Positions 38,575-50,251 of a stretch of 64,000 nt of DNA are shown here, piece by piece. Numbering within the stretch: position 1 is the first letter of the stretch; each line of letters starts with the position of its first letter. The notes under the pieces are model-generated. The model made no database searches, had not been told where the DNA came from, and worked only from the letters and a program-made list of their open reading frames with translations. Source of the DNA: an uncultured Gemmatimonadales bacterium (lineage in GTDB: Bacteria > Gemmatimonadota > Gemmatimonadetes > Longimicrobiales > RSA9); assembly GCA_963798845.1 (NCBI GenBank), contig CAWCUS010000006.1, forward strand, positions 960,001 to 1,024,000. Reading direction: 5' to 3'. A program made the translations under genes and the position numbers.

Positions 38575-38634
38575 GACCGCACACGTGGCACGAAGGGCCC
38601 CGGCCGGTTCGGTCGGGGCCCTTCATGTGCGGTC
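38575..38634. terminator. Long hairpin between convergent genes
   Basis: GAAGGGCCCCGGCCG-GTT-CGGTCGGGGCCCTTC (38592-38624) plus outer stem GACCGCACA/TGTGCGGTC; no clear U-tract. Confidence 0.55.
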
Positions 38635-38690
38635 GGACGCTCGCGGCCGCCATCCGGCGGCGAGGCGCCGCGGTCGCCCGGGAGTCCTCT

Positions 38691-39193
38691 TCAGAACGGC
38701 AGGTCGTCGTCCTGGTCGAAGGGGCTGCCGCTCGGCGGCTCCGGGTCGTAGCCGCCGCCGCCCGCTCCGCCGCCGGAACGTGTGCCACCGCTTCCACCGC
38801 GGCCCCCGCCACTGTAGCCGCCCCCGCCCCGCCCCCGCCCCCGCCCCCGCCGTCCTGGCCGCCGGCGCCGAGCATGACCATGTCGCCGACGACGATGTCG
38901 GTCCAGTACTTGACGTTGCCCTGCTCGTCCTGGGTCTGGGAGTACTCGATCCGCCCGTCGACGTAGAGCCGGTCGCCCTTGTGGACGTAGCGCTCGATGA
39001 CGTCGACGATCTTGCCGAAGAAGGTGAGGCGGTGCCACTCCGTCTTCTCCTGCTGCTGGCCGGCGCGGTCGGAGAAGGTGCGGTTGGTGGCGAGGGAGAG
39101 CTTGGCGACGCGGGTGCCCGAGGCGGTGGAGCGGATTTCCGGCTCCGCCCCGACGTTGCCGATCAGCATGACTTTGTTCAGGGAGCGGCTCAT
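38691..39193 (-). CDS. ssb: Single-stranded DNA-binding protein (1-bp deletion in the G-rich linker at 38827-38830)
   Basis: MSRSLNKVMLIGN...EKTEWHR OB fold in one frame; acidic tail DQDDDLPF in another frame. Confidence 0.94.
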
Positions 39194-39336
39194 TCGTTCG
39201 TATTCGGCGTGGAGGTGGACGTGAACCGGGCTGGCCGGCGCGCTTCCCCACGCTAGGCCGCCGGTCTCCCGCCGGCAAGGTGGCGAGCAGAGCGGGGCGG
39301 TGCCATGGCGGGGAGGGACGCGCCGGGGCGGGGTCT

Positions 39337-40176
39337 TCAGCGCGGAAGGACGGCCTGGAACGCGTCGCGCAGCCTGCACGTGATGGGACCCGGCTGTGCG
39401 TCGACGATGTCGCGGCCGTCGACGCGCACCACGGGCATGATCTCGGTGGTGGTTCCGGAGAGGAAGATCTCGTCGCAGGCGTCGAGTTCGTGAATGAAGA
39501 TGGGCGCTTCCTCGGCGGGGATGCCGAGCTCGCGGGCGAGGCCGAACACGCGGGCGCGGGTGATCCCCGGCAGCACGTAGTTGCACTCCGGATAGGTGAT
39601 CAGGGTGCCGTCGCGCACGGCCCAGACATTCGAGTGCGACCCTTCGATGAGGACGCCGTCCTTGACGAACAGCGCCTCGAACGCCCCGGCCGCGTGCGCG
39701 GCCTGGTTGGCAAGGACGTTCGGGAGCAGGGCGATGGATTTCACGTCGCAGCGTGCCCAGCGGTTGTCGGGCACGGTGATGGCATCCACGCCGTCCTCCG
39801 CCATCGCTTCGGGGTGTGGGGAGTACGGATGCACGTTGACGTACACGGTCGGCGGCGTGTCGGGGGCGGGGAACGCGTGGCGCCGGGGCGCGGCGCCGCG
39901 GGTGACCTGGACGTAGATGGCGCCCGCGCCGTCGATGCCGTTCTCGCGCATGAGGTGCCGGGCCGCGGGCTCGACCTGACGGACGGTGTGGGGATCCATC
40001 TGGAGCGCGGCGAGCCCGCGGCGCATACGGGCCAGGTGCTCCTCCAGCTCGTAGGGCTGGCCGGCGTAGATCCGGATCACCTCGTAAACGCCATCGGCCA
40101 GGAGGAAGCCGCGGTCCTGCACCGAGACACAGGCATCCTCCAGCGGTACGTAATCACCGTTCAGGTAAACGAGCAC
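39337..40176 (-). CDS. Class IV PLP aminotransferase (D-amino-acid transaminase-like)
   Basis: DRGFLLADGVYE, QVTRG, RCDVKS, EGSHSN, LPGITR and DEIFLSGTT. Confidence 0.9.
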   Translation of the reverse strand: MLVYLNGDYVPLEDACVSVQDRGFLLADGVYEVIRIYAGQPYELEEHLARMRRGLAALQMDPHTVRQVEPAARHLMRENGIDGAGAIYVQVTRGAAPRRHAFPAPDTPPTVYVNVHPYSPHPEAMAEDGVDAITVPDNRWARCDVKSIALLPNVLANQAAHAAGAFEALFVKDGVLIEGSHSNVWAVRDGTLITYPECNYVLPGITRARVFGLARELGIPAEEAPIFIHELDACDEIFLSGTTTEIMPVVRVDGRDIVDAQPGPITCRLRDAFQAVLPR

Positions 40177-40269
40177 GGTCCTGGTCTCCGGGGTTGTCGT
40201 CACGCCAACTGTGAGCAGATTGCGGCCCAGCGGCCGCCTTGCGCAACGGCACGAAAAGTTCATGCCCCG

Positions 40270-42933
40270 ATGGAGCCCATGACCGGAACCGAGCTGCTGG
40301 ACCGCATCCGTCCCACCGAGCACCGCCTGGAAAACGGGCTCATGCTCCTGGTCCGGGAAGTCCACGTCGCCCCCGTGGTGTCGATCGTGACGCACGTGCG
40401 GGCCGGCTACTTCGACGAGCCGGACGAGCTGGTGGGGATCAGTCACGTCCTGGAGCACATGTTCTTCAAGGGGACGGAGCGTCGTGCGGTGGGCGAGATC
40501 GCGCGGGCGACGAAGGCGGCCGGCGGGTACCTGAACGCCGGGACGATCTACGATCACACGTCGTACTATACCGTGCTTCCGTCGGCGGCGGTGGACATGG
40601 GCCTGGACATCCAGGCGGACGCGCTGATCCATTCGCAGATCGACGAGGAGGAGCTCCGCAAGGAGCTGCTGGTGATCATCGAGGAGGTCAAGCGGAAGTA
40701 CGACAACCCGGGCGCGCTGGCCACGGAGAAGCTGTACGAGGCCATGTTCGACGTGCACCCGATCCGGCGCTGGCGCATGGGGACGGAGAAGGGACTGAGG
40801 CGGCTGGAGCGCGCGCAGGTGTTCGACTACTACCGCTCCATGTATCGGGCATCCAACATCACGCTCGTCGTTTCCGGCGACGTCGATCCCGGCCGCGTCG
40901 TCGACCGCGTGGAGGCGCTCTACGCCGAGCTCCCACCGGGGTCACCGGAGCGGCCGGAGCGCTCGGAGCCCGAGCGCACGGGGGCTCGCCTGCGCGAGAT
41001 GAGTGGCGACATCGCCCACACGTACGTGGAGCTCGGGTGGCATTCGCCCGGTGAGCTTCACGAGGACACGCCCGCGCTGGACGCGCTCGGCGTCGTGCTG
41101 GGACAGGGTCGTGCGTCCCGACTGTACCGCAGGGTGCGCGAGCGCGGACTGGCCTCGAGCGTGGAGGCGTACAACTTCACGCCCGCGGACATCGGCGTGT
41201 TCGGTATCGGGCTGGAGTGCAAGCCGCCCGGGACGGCGGCAGCGCTGCGGGCCGTCTGGACGGAGGTGGACGGGGCGCGGGAGACCGGCGTTCACGTCGA
41301 CGAGCTGGAGCGGGTCCGAACGCTGCTGGAGGCGAGGCTGCTGCGGCGGCTGGAGACCGCTGAAGGGCAGGCGAACCTGCTCGCCGAGTGGCAGGCACTC
41401 GGCGACTGGCGCCGGGCGGGAGACTACCTCGACCGGCTCCGGGGGCTCACCGTCGATCGGCTGCGCGACGTCGCCGACCGCTACCTCGACGCCGAGCGCG
41501 CGACCGCGCTGGTCTATCGCCCCTCCGGAACTGAAGCGCTGGGCTGGGGCGATGACGGCTTCGTCGCCGGGCTCCGGGACGACGGGTCGAGAGCGGCCAC
41601 GGCCGGGGCGGCGGAGCCTCCGCCGGAGGGATCCGGCGAACCGATCGATGCGTCCGCCGCGGCGCCGGCGCCCACGCCGTCGACCGTCGGGTCTCCCGCG
41701 ATCGAGGACGGCGTGGTGCAGTATCCGATGAATGGCGGGCGTCTGGTGGTGAAGCGGCGCTCGCACGCGCCGCTCGTCTCGATGGCGCTGGCGCGGCGGG
41801 GCGGCGTGCTGAACGAGACCCGTGAGACGGCGGGGCGCACGGCGCTGGTCATGCGCACTTCGGTGAAGGGGACCACCTCGCGGGATGCGGAACGGATCGC
41901 CCGGGAGTCCGAGCGGCTGGGCGGGAGCATAGGGGCGTCGGCCGGCGCCGACCTGCTCTCGTGGGATCTTACGGTCCCCGCGCAGCATTTCCGCGAAGGG
42001 TTCGGCCTTCTGGCGGACGTGGCGCTCCACCCCACCTTCCCGGACTTCGAAGTCGCCCAGGAGCGCTCCATGGTGCTGGCGGACCTGGAGCGGCTGCGCG
42101 ACGACATGTACCGATATCCGCTGCGCCTGATGCTGTCGGCGGCTTTCGGCGATCACCCGTACGGGCGTTCGCCGGACGACATCGCCGCCGCTGTCTCCGA
42201 CGTGGACGCGGAGGCGCTTCGAAGCTGGCACGCGGAGGCGCTGGCCGAGCCGTGGGTGTTCGTCGTTGGCGACATCGACCCCGAGCACGCGGCCGACGTC
42301 GTTGCGGCGAACGTGGGGCCGCTCACCCACCCTGTCGACGTGCAGGAGCCCCGGCCGTCATGGCCCGCCTCCCCTGTATTCGAGGAAGCGAGGCGAGAGC
42401 GGGCGCAGACCGCGCTCGCGCTGGCTTTCCCAGGGCCGAGCCGCAGTGACGAGGACCGGGCAGCCATGGAAGTGCTGTCCAACGCCGTGAGCGGGCTGGG
42501 AAACCGCCTGTTCGAGGAGCTCCGCAGTCGCCGCTCGCTCGCGTACACGGTGGCCGCCTACCCCCTGGTGCGGCGACACGCCGGGGCGTTCGTGGGCTAC
42601 ATCGCTTCCTCCCGCGACCGCGGTGAGGAAGCCCGCGAGGCGCTCCTCACCGAGCTGCTCCGCCTGCGCGACGAGCCACCCACGGAGGAAGAGCTCGAGC
42701 GGGCGCGGCAGTACACGGTGGGCGGGTGGCAGATCCGGACCCAGAGCAACGCCGCCCAGCTCGGCGAACTCGCCGCCGCCCTCATGCTCGGCTCCGGGCT
42801 CGAGGAGATCCGTGATTTCGAAGGCCGCATCCGCGGCGTCACCCGCGACGACGTGCTCGAGGCCACCCGGCGGTGGTTCGACGCCGACCGCGTCGTGGAG
42901 GGGATGGTGCGGGGGACCGCCCGAGAGCGCTGA
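40270..42933 (+). CDS. M16 family (pitrilysin/insulinase) zinc peptidase
   Basis: LENGL, inverted zinc motif HVLEH and duplicated M16 halves. The upstream part of the track ORF is the antisense of the aminotransferase. Confidence 0.92.
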   Translation: MEPMTGTELLDRIRPTEHRLENGLMLLVREVHVAPVVSIVTHVRAGYFDEPDELVGISHVLEHMFFKGTERRAVGEIARATKAAGGYLNAGTIYDHTSYYTVLPSAAVDMGLDIQADALIHSQIDEEELRKELLVIIEEVKRKYDNPGALATEKLYEAMFDVHPIRRWRMGTEKGLRRLERAQVFDYYRSMYRASNITLVVSGDVDPGRVVDRVEALYAELPPGSPERPERSEPERTGARLREMSGDIAHTYVELGWHSPGELHEDTPALDALGVVLGQGRASRLYRRVRERGLASSVEAYNFTPADIGVFGIGLECKPPGTAAALRAVWTEVDGARETGVHVDELERVRTLLEARLLRRLETAEGQANLLAEWQALGDWRRAGDYLDRLRGLTVDRLRDVADRYLDAERATALVYRPSGTEALGWGDDGFVAGLRDDGSRAATAGAAEPPPEGSGEPIDASAAAPAPTPSTVGSPAIEDGVVQYPMNGGRLVVKRRSHAPLVSMALARRGGVLNETRETAGRTALVMRTSVKGTTSRDAERIARESERLGGSIGASAGADLLSWDLTVPAQHFREGFGLLADVALHPTFPDFEVAQERSMVLADLERLRDDMYRYPLRLMLSAAFGDHPYGRSPDDIAAAVSDVDAEALRSWHAEALAEPWVFVVGDIDPEHAADVVAANVGPLTHPVDVQEPRPSWPASPVFEEARRERAQTALALAFPGPSRSDEDRAAMEVLSNAVSGLGNRLFEELRSRRSLAYTVAAYPLVRRHAGAFVGYIASSRDRGEEAREALLTELLRLRDEPPTEEELERARQYTVGGWQIRTQSNAAQLGELAAALMLGSGLEEIRDFEGRIRGVTRDDVLEATRRWFDADRVVEGMVRGTARER

Positions 42934-43043
42934 CGGCCGACGGCAGGGTGGTCGCCCGTGAGGCCCGGCGCCGTCCACGGTTTGAGGCGGGTCGCGGCGG
43001 CGCCTATATTCCCGCCGTCGTCAACCCCACAACCGAGCGAGCC

Positions 43044-43829
43044 ATGGCCGAATACCGGAACATCCGCATCGAGCGGGCGGAGCGGCGCGCGACAGTGATC
43101 GTGTCGCGCCCGGACAAGCTGAACGCGCTGAACGCGGAGACGATCGACGAGCTGGATGCGGCGTTCCGTGAGCTGGAGCGCGACCGCGACGTGGGCGGTG
43201 TGTTGATCACGGGAGACGGAGAGAAGGCGTTCGTCGCCGGCGCGGACATCGCCGAGCTGGCGAAGATGGACTCCATTGGCGGGATCTCCGTGTCTCGCCA
43301 GGGCCAGGACGCGTTCCGTCGCCTGGAACGGATGGGAAAGCCAGTGGTGGCCGCGGTGAACGGGTACGCGCTGGGCGGCGGGATGGAGCTGGCGCTGGCG
43401 TGCCACCTCCGCGTAGCGGGCGAGAAGGCGCGCTTCGGGCTTCCGGAGGTGAAGCTGGGGATCATCCCCGGATACGGGGGGACGGTCCGGCTGCCGCGGA
43501 TCGTGGGGCGGGGCCGCGCGCTGGAGCTGATCCTGACGGGCGAGATGATCGACGCGCAGCGGGCCTACGAGATCGGACTCGTCAACAGGGTCGTGGCCCA
43601 GGACGAGGTCCGGGACGCGGCCGAGCGGCTGCTGGACACCATCCTGAAGAACGGACCCGTGGCGCTGCGCTTCGCCCTCGAGGCGGTGGACCGGAGCCTC
43701 GAGACGGGGATCGAAGAGGGGCTGGGCCTGGAGTCGCACCTGTTCGGGCTCCTGGCGTCGACGGCGGACATGCGGGAGGGGATGGGGGCGTTTCTGGAGA
43801 AGAGGGCGGCGGAGTTCAGCGGGCGGTAG
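43044..43829 (+). CDS. Enoyl-CoA hydratase (crotonase)
   Basis: RPDKLNAL, AFVAGADI, NGYALGGGMEL and PEVKLGIIPG; promoter TTGAGG-N17-TATATT at 42982-43010. Confidence 0.94.
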   Translation: MAEYRNIRIERAERRATVIVSRPDKLNALNAETIDELDAAFRELERDRDVGGVLITGDGEKAFVAGADIAELAKMDSIGGISVSRQGQDAFRRLERMGKPVVAAVNGYALGGGMELALACHLRVAGEKARFGLPEVKLGIIPGYGGTVRLPRIVGRGRALELILTGEMIDAQRAYEIGLVNRVVAQDEVRDAAERLLDTILKNGPVALRFALEAVDRSLETGIEEGLGLESHLFGLLASTADMREGMGAFLEKRAAEFSGR

Positions 43830-43837
43830 GGGGGACG

Positions 43838-44120
43838 GGGGCTCGGCCCTTCGGGGCCTCGCAGAGGGGCTCGGCCTTCGGGCCTCGCAGAGGGGCTCGG
43901 CCTTCGGGCCTCGCAGAGGGGCTCGGCCTTCGGCCTCGCAGAGGGGCTCGGCCTTCGGGCCTCGCAGAGGGGCTCGGCCTTCGGGCCTCGCAGAGGGGCT
44001 CGGCCTTCGGGCCTCGCAGAGGGGCTCGGCCTTCGGCCTCGCAGAGGGGCTCGGCCTTCGGGCCTCGCAGAGGGGCTCGGCCTTCGGGCCTCGCAGGGGG
44101 CTCGGCCTTCGGCCTCGCAG
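43838..44120 (+). repeat. Tandem array, 11 copies of about 26-bp GGGGCTCGGCCTTCGGGCCTCGCAGA
   Basis: Counted by hand. Head-to-tail units with no spacers; shorter TTC variant at units 4, 8 and 11; degenerate 3' end. Confidence 0.95.
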
Positions 44121-44181
44121 GGGGGCGGGGCTCGCAGGGGCGGGTTGCCTCGCGCGCGCACGCGTGATAGGTTTTCTTCAC

Positions 44182-45321
44182 ATGGAGGCCCCACCCGAGC
44201 TGGTTTGTCGTGAGCTCCGTCTGCGCCAGTTCCGGAACTTCCCGGACCTGGACCTGGCCTTCCAACCGGCGGGCGCGGCGGTGGTCGGACCGAACGGATC
44301 CGGAAAGACCAACCTCATCGAAGCCCTCTACTATCTCGAGATCTTTCGTTCCTTCCGGGGCGCGCTGGACGACCAGCTGGTGCGCTTCGGCGAGGAGGCG
44401 TTCCACATCCGGGGCCGCTTCCAGGAGCCGGCATCAGGGCGCGAGCTGGAGCTCACGGCGGCGTACGAGCCGCGCCGGAAGAGGAAGCGGGTGCAGGTGA
44501 ACGGCGTCGAACCGGAGCGGCTGGGGGCCGGGGTCGGCCACGTCGGCATGGTGGTGTTCTCGCCTTCGGACGTGGGGATCGTGGCGGGGTCGCCGGGAGA
44601 GCGTCGTCGCTTCCTCGACATCGTGCTCTCGCTCAACGTGCGCGGCTACCTGGCGACGCTGCAGCGCTACCGCCACGCGCTGCGCCAGCGAAACGCGCTG
44701 CTGAAGGACGGAGCGCGGTGGGCGGCGGTGGAGCCGTGGACGGCGTCGGTGGCCGAGCTCGGAGGGAAGGTCATGGCGGCGAGGGCGGCGTGGGTGTCGT
44801 CGCACGGGGACGGGTTCGCCGAGCGGTACGAGCGGATCGGCAGTGAGGCGCCGGCTCGGCTGGAGTACCGGCCGAGCGTGGGGTCGCTGCCTGAGGAGGG
44901 TGAGGACATGGGGGCGGCGTTGGCCGCGTCGCTGGAGCGGCTCGCGGCGCGGGAGCGGGAACGGGGCGTGACGCTGCGCGGGCCGCATCGAGACGATCTC
45001 GGCTTCGTGCGGGAGGACGGAGCGGGGGGGCGGGACCTGCGAGATTACGGCTCGGGAGGTCAGCAGCGGACGGCGGCGGTCTCGCTACGCCTGATGGAAG
45101 CGGAAACGATTCGGGAATCGAGGACGCACGCACCCATGATCCTTCTGGACGACATCTTCGCCGAGCTGGACCCCGGGCGTTCGGAGCGCGTGCTGGCGCT
45201 GCTCGAGGAGCAGCCCGGACAGGTCGTCCTGACGGCGCCGAAGGCGTCCGACGTGGAGGTGCGCCGTGGCGCGCTGCCCCGGTGGCGGATCGCGTCCGGC
45301 CAGATCGTGGCGGCGGCGTGA
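44182..45321 (+). CDS. recF: DNA replication/repair protein RecF
   Basis: QFRN, GPNGSGKTN, GSPGERRRFLD, GPHRDDL, GSGGQQR and LLDDIFAELD. Confidence 0.95.
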   Translation: MEAPPELVCRELRLRQFRNFPDLDLAFQPAGAAVVGPNGSGKTNLIEALYYLEIFRSFRGALDDQLVRFGEEAFHIRGRFQEPASGRELELTAAYEPRRKRKRVQVNGVEPERLGAGVGHVGMVVFSPSDVGIVAGSPGERRRFLDIVLSLNVRGYLATLQRYRHALRQRNALLKDGARWAAVEPWTASVAELGGKVMAARAAWVSSHGDGFAERYERIGSEAPARLEYRPSVGSLPEEGEDMGAALAASLERLAARERERGVTLRGPHRDDLGFVREDGAGGRDLRDYGSGGQQRTAAVSLRLMEAETIRESRTHAPMILLDDIFAELDPGRSERVLALLEEQPGQVVLTAPKASDVEVRRGALPRWRIASGQIVAAA

Positions 45322-45704
45322 GCGGCAAGCCGCAGCGCCCGATGCGCGTGTCCGAGGCGCTCTCTGCCTACCTGGCGAAGAGCGGGCTGGGACAGCGGCT
45401 GGAGCAGGCCGCGTCGGTGGATGAGTGGGCGGAGCGCGTCGGCTCGCGCATCGCGGCGGTGGCGGAGCCGGTGCACGTGGCGGAGGGGGTGCTTCTGGTG
45501 GCCGTTCGCTCGAGTGCGTGGCTCATGGAGCTGCGGATGATGGAGGCCGAGATCCGGAATCGCCTGAACGAGGGTCGGCAGCGCGGCCGAATCCAGCGGA
45601 TCCGGTTCGTGATGGCGGGCGAGGATGAGCCCGGGCGCGGGAGCGCGGCGGGCGGGATGGACGGGGTTGGTCGTGGTCGTCGCCCGAAGGGCGAAAGCCG
45701 TTGA
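45318..45704 (+). CDS. DUF721 / DciA family protein
   Basis: Position between recF and gyrB; W..VG..IA, GVLLVAVRSSAWLMEL and IRF. Confidence 0.88.
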   Translation: MSGKPQRPMRVSEALSAYLAKSGLGQRLEQAASVDEWAERVGSRIAAVAEPVHVAEGVLLVAVRSSAWLMELRMMEAEIRNRLNEGRQRGRIQRIRFVMAGEDEPGRGSAAGGMDGVGRGRRPKGESR

Positions 45705-47831
<2,127 letters not shown>

Positions 47832-48008
47832 TGATGAGCTTCGCAGTCCTTCACGCGGATCTCGGGTAGCGGCTCGGGGAGCAGCCGCGGCCAACCGCGG
47901 CACGCCCGAGCCCGTTCCGGAATCCCGGCCGCTCGCTCGCCGGACGATACGCGACCGGTGCGAGTTGCGCGCGGCCTTTGCGTCCATCCGCGCACGTGGA
48001 GGAACACC

Positions 48009-49082
48009 ATGCCGGAGCTCACGCCCTTCGGCTTCGATCGGTTCTTTCAGGAACAGCTCACCCGCTGGCCGGTTCCGCCGCTGCTGCCGGCGCGCGTGGC
48101 TGGCGCACACCGTGCCCGCTACGATCTCTGGTCCTCGCCCGGACCACTCCGGGCGCGTCTGGCCGGCGCGCTCCGGCGCCAGCTGGCGGACGATGCCCTG
48201 CCCGGTGTCGGTGATTGGGTGGTGGCCGACGCGCCCGGCCGCGCGGGTGACACCGTGCTCATCCGCGGCGTTCTGACGCGGCGCAGCGCGTTCACGCGCG
48301 GCGCCGCGGGACGCGAGGCGCGTCCTCAGGTGGTGGCCGCCAACGTGGACCGCGTGTTCGTCGTGGTCGGGCTGGACGCGGGCCCCAACGGGCGCGCGCT
48401 CGACCGCTATCTGGCCCGTATCTGGGCGGGCGGCGCGGAGCCGCTGGTGGTGCTCAACAAGGCGGACCTGACGTCCGATGCCGAAAGCGCCGTGGCGGAG
48501 ATCGAGCGCCGCTGCATCGGGGTCCAGGTGCTGGCGGTCAGCGCCCTCCACAGCGAAGGCCTGGACCGGATCCGCGCCGCCATCCCGCCCGGGCGCACCA
48601 TCGCGCTGGTGGGGGCTTCCGGCGCCGGCAAGTCCACGCTGGCCAACGCGCTGCTCGGAGAAACACGGCAGGCCACCGCGGAGGTGCTGCCCGGGGGAGC
48701 CCGCGGTCGGCACACCACTACCCGGCGGGAGCTCCTGCTACTGCCGGGCGGCGGGCTGCTGCTGGACACGCCCGGGATGAGGGAGCTCGAGGTGGTGGAC
48801 GAGGACGGGCTCGACATCGTCTTCGACGACATCACCGCCCTCGCCGATCAGTGCCGCTTCCGCGATTGCGGCCACGTCGCCGAGCCGGGGTGCGCCGTCC
48901 TCGCGGCGGTCGCCGCCGGCCGGCTCCACCCGGAACGCCTCGACAGCTACCACAAGCTCCAGCGCGAGGCCCGCGCCTACGAGCTGCGCCACGACGACCG
49001 CGCCCGCCGCCAGGCGGAGCGCGTGTGGGGCCAGCTGAGCGATGAGGGCGCTCTCATCCGGAAGTGGAAGGGTGGGAAGTGA
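48009..49082 (+). CDS. rsgA: Ribosome small subunit-dependent GTPase A
   Basis: VGDWV, ANVD, circularly permuted NKAD-GASGAGKST-GRHTT-DTPG, and zinc motif CRFRDCGH..EPGC. Confidence 0.93.
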   Translation: MPELTPFGFDRFFQEQLTRWPVPPLLPARVAGAHRARYDLWSSPGPLRARLAGALRRQLADDALPGVGDWVVADAPGRAGDTVLIRGVLTRRSAFTRGAAGREARPQVVAANVDRVFVVVGLDAGPNGRALDRYLARIWAGGAEPLVVLNKADLTSDAESAVAEIERRCIGVQVLAVSALHSEGLDRIRAAIPPGRTIALVGASGAGKSTLANALLGETRQATAEVLPGGARGRHTTTRRELLLLPGGGLLLDTPGMRELEVVDEDGLDIVFDDITALADQCRFRDCGHVAEPGCAVLAAVAAGRLHPERLDSYHKLQREARAYELRHDDRARRQAERVWGQLSDEGALIRKWKGGK

Positions 49083-49116
49083 GTTCAGGTCGCGGGTGGG
49101 AAGCCCGCGCGTCCGC

Positions 49117-49854
49117 TCACGGTCGTCCGGGGCTCGGCTGGAGCGGGCCGTCGCCAGACCATTGCCACGTGTCCGTGATGACCGCGGCCCGGGGGGCGAA
49201 GCCGTCGCCGTACTCGGCGGGATAGTGGTGGACGAGCAGGAAAAGCCGCCCGTCGTACCGCCGGACTTCGATCCTGCCGACGAACCAGGCCCCGCCTCCG
49301 TCCTGATACCGGAACCGATACCCGGCGATCGCTCCGGGGATGCTCGACGCGGCCGCGGAGTCCGAGGCCGGCTCGAGCCCGCGGCTCACGGGCACTCCGC
49401 GTCCCGTCTCGTAGCCGCGCGCCGCCGCCACCGCCTCGGGCTCCGGGGTGCCGGCAGGGAAGACGAACAGGTGGAGGAAGGCGTTCTCGTTCCGGTGGCC
49501 GCCGAACTCCGCGTAGAAGTGCACGGACGCGCCGCCGCCATTCTCCGTGGAGACTTCAGCGGCCATGTCGGCCGGAACGTAGGCGCTGAACGGGAGGGGG
49601 AAGTCGCCGCCGGTGCGGAACAGCTTCAGCCGCATGGGGACAGGCATCCCCTCGATGTCCACGGTGTCGCTGCGGAGCGGGGCCCGGGTCGCTGCGGTGG
49701 TGTCGGCCCCGGCTGGGCGGGCGGGGTTCCGGGTGCCTTCCCCCGCTCCGCTCTCGCGGCCACCTCCGCCGCACGCGGCCACGCTGGCGGCGCAGGCGAG
49801 GAAGGCGGCCAGGGCTGCGGCGGGACGTGGAATCAGTGCTCTGAACGTGGGCAC
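49117..49854 (-). CDS. Hypothetical lipoprotein
   Basis: Signal peptide with VAAC lipobox; globular C-terminus (YPAEYGDGFAPR). Confidence 0.75.
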   Translation of the reverse strand: MPTFRALIPRPAAALAAFLACAASVAACGGGGRESGAGEGTRNPARPAGADTTAATRAPLRSDTVDIEGMPVPMRLKLFRTGGDFPLPFSAYVPADMAAEVSTENGGGASVHFYAEFGGHRNENAFLHLFVFPAGTPEPEAVAAARGYETGRGVPVSRGLEPASDSAAASSIPGAIAGYRFRYQDGGGAWFVGRIEVRRYDGRLFLLVHHYPAEYGDGFAPRAAVITDTWQWSGDGPLQPSPGRP

Positions 49855-49910
49855 GGCTCTCGCGTGTGGAGGTGATATCGAAGCGGTGGGAGGGCACGAA
49901 CCGGACGTGA

Positions 49911-50201
49911 ATGATCATGGAGTACCGCGCCAAGGGCCAAACCTGGGACGTGTTCCTGTCGGAGGAAGGTCCCGAGAGAGGGCACCCGGGATTGCGACCG
50001 GTCATATTCCACTGCAAGAGCAACACGTCGTGGGGGTGGCGCGTGGTGGAGCTTTCGGCGTCCGAGCTGCCGGCGGACGGCAGCCTGGACGAGGTCCCGC
50101 GCGTGCGGATCGCGGAGCTGTTCGATCGCTCCGAGCCGTTCGACTACCCGACGGACCCGAAGGCGAAGCAGCACCACATCGGCGACGGTCCCGGGCGCTA
50201 G
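49911..50201 (+). CDS. Small hypothetical protein
   Basis: Protein-like 96-aa ORF filling the gap between two minus-strand genes. Confidence 0.65.
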   Translation: MIMEYRAKGQTWDVFLSEEGPERGHPGLRPVIFHCKSNTSWGWRVVELSASELPADGSLDEVPRVRIAELFDRSEPFDYPTDPKAKQHHIGDGPGR

Positions 50202-50251
50202 CGGCACGGCCGGGCGATGCTGCGACCGCCCCGAAGGAGGCGGTGTCGCGG

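Noticed and set aside
39280..40269. Long N-terminal extension giving a 1217-aa M16 peptidase
   Set aside because: This part is the antisense of the aminotransferase gene; homology-like sequence starts at about 40270.
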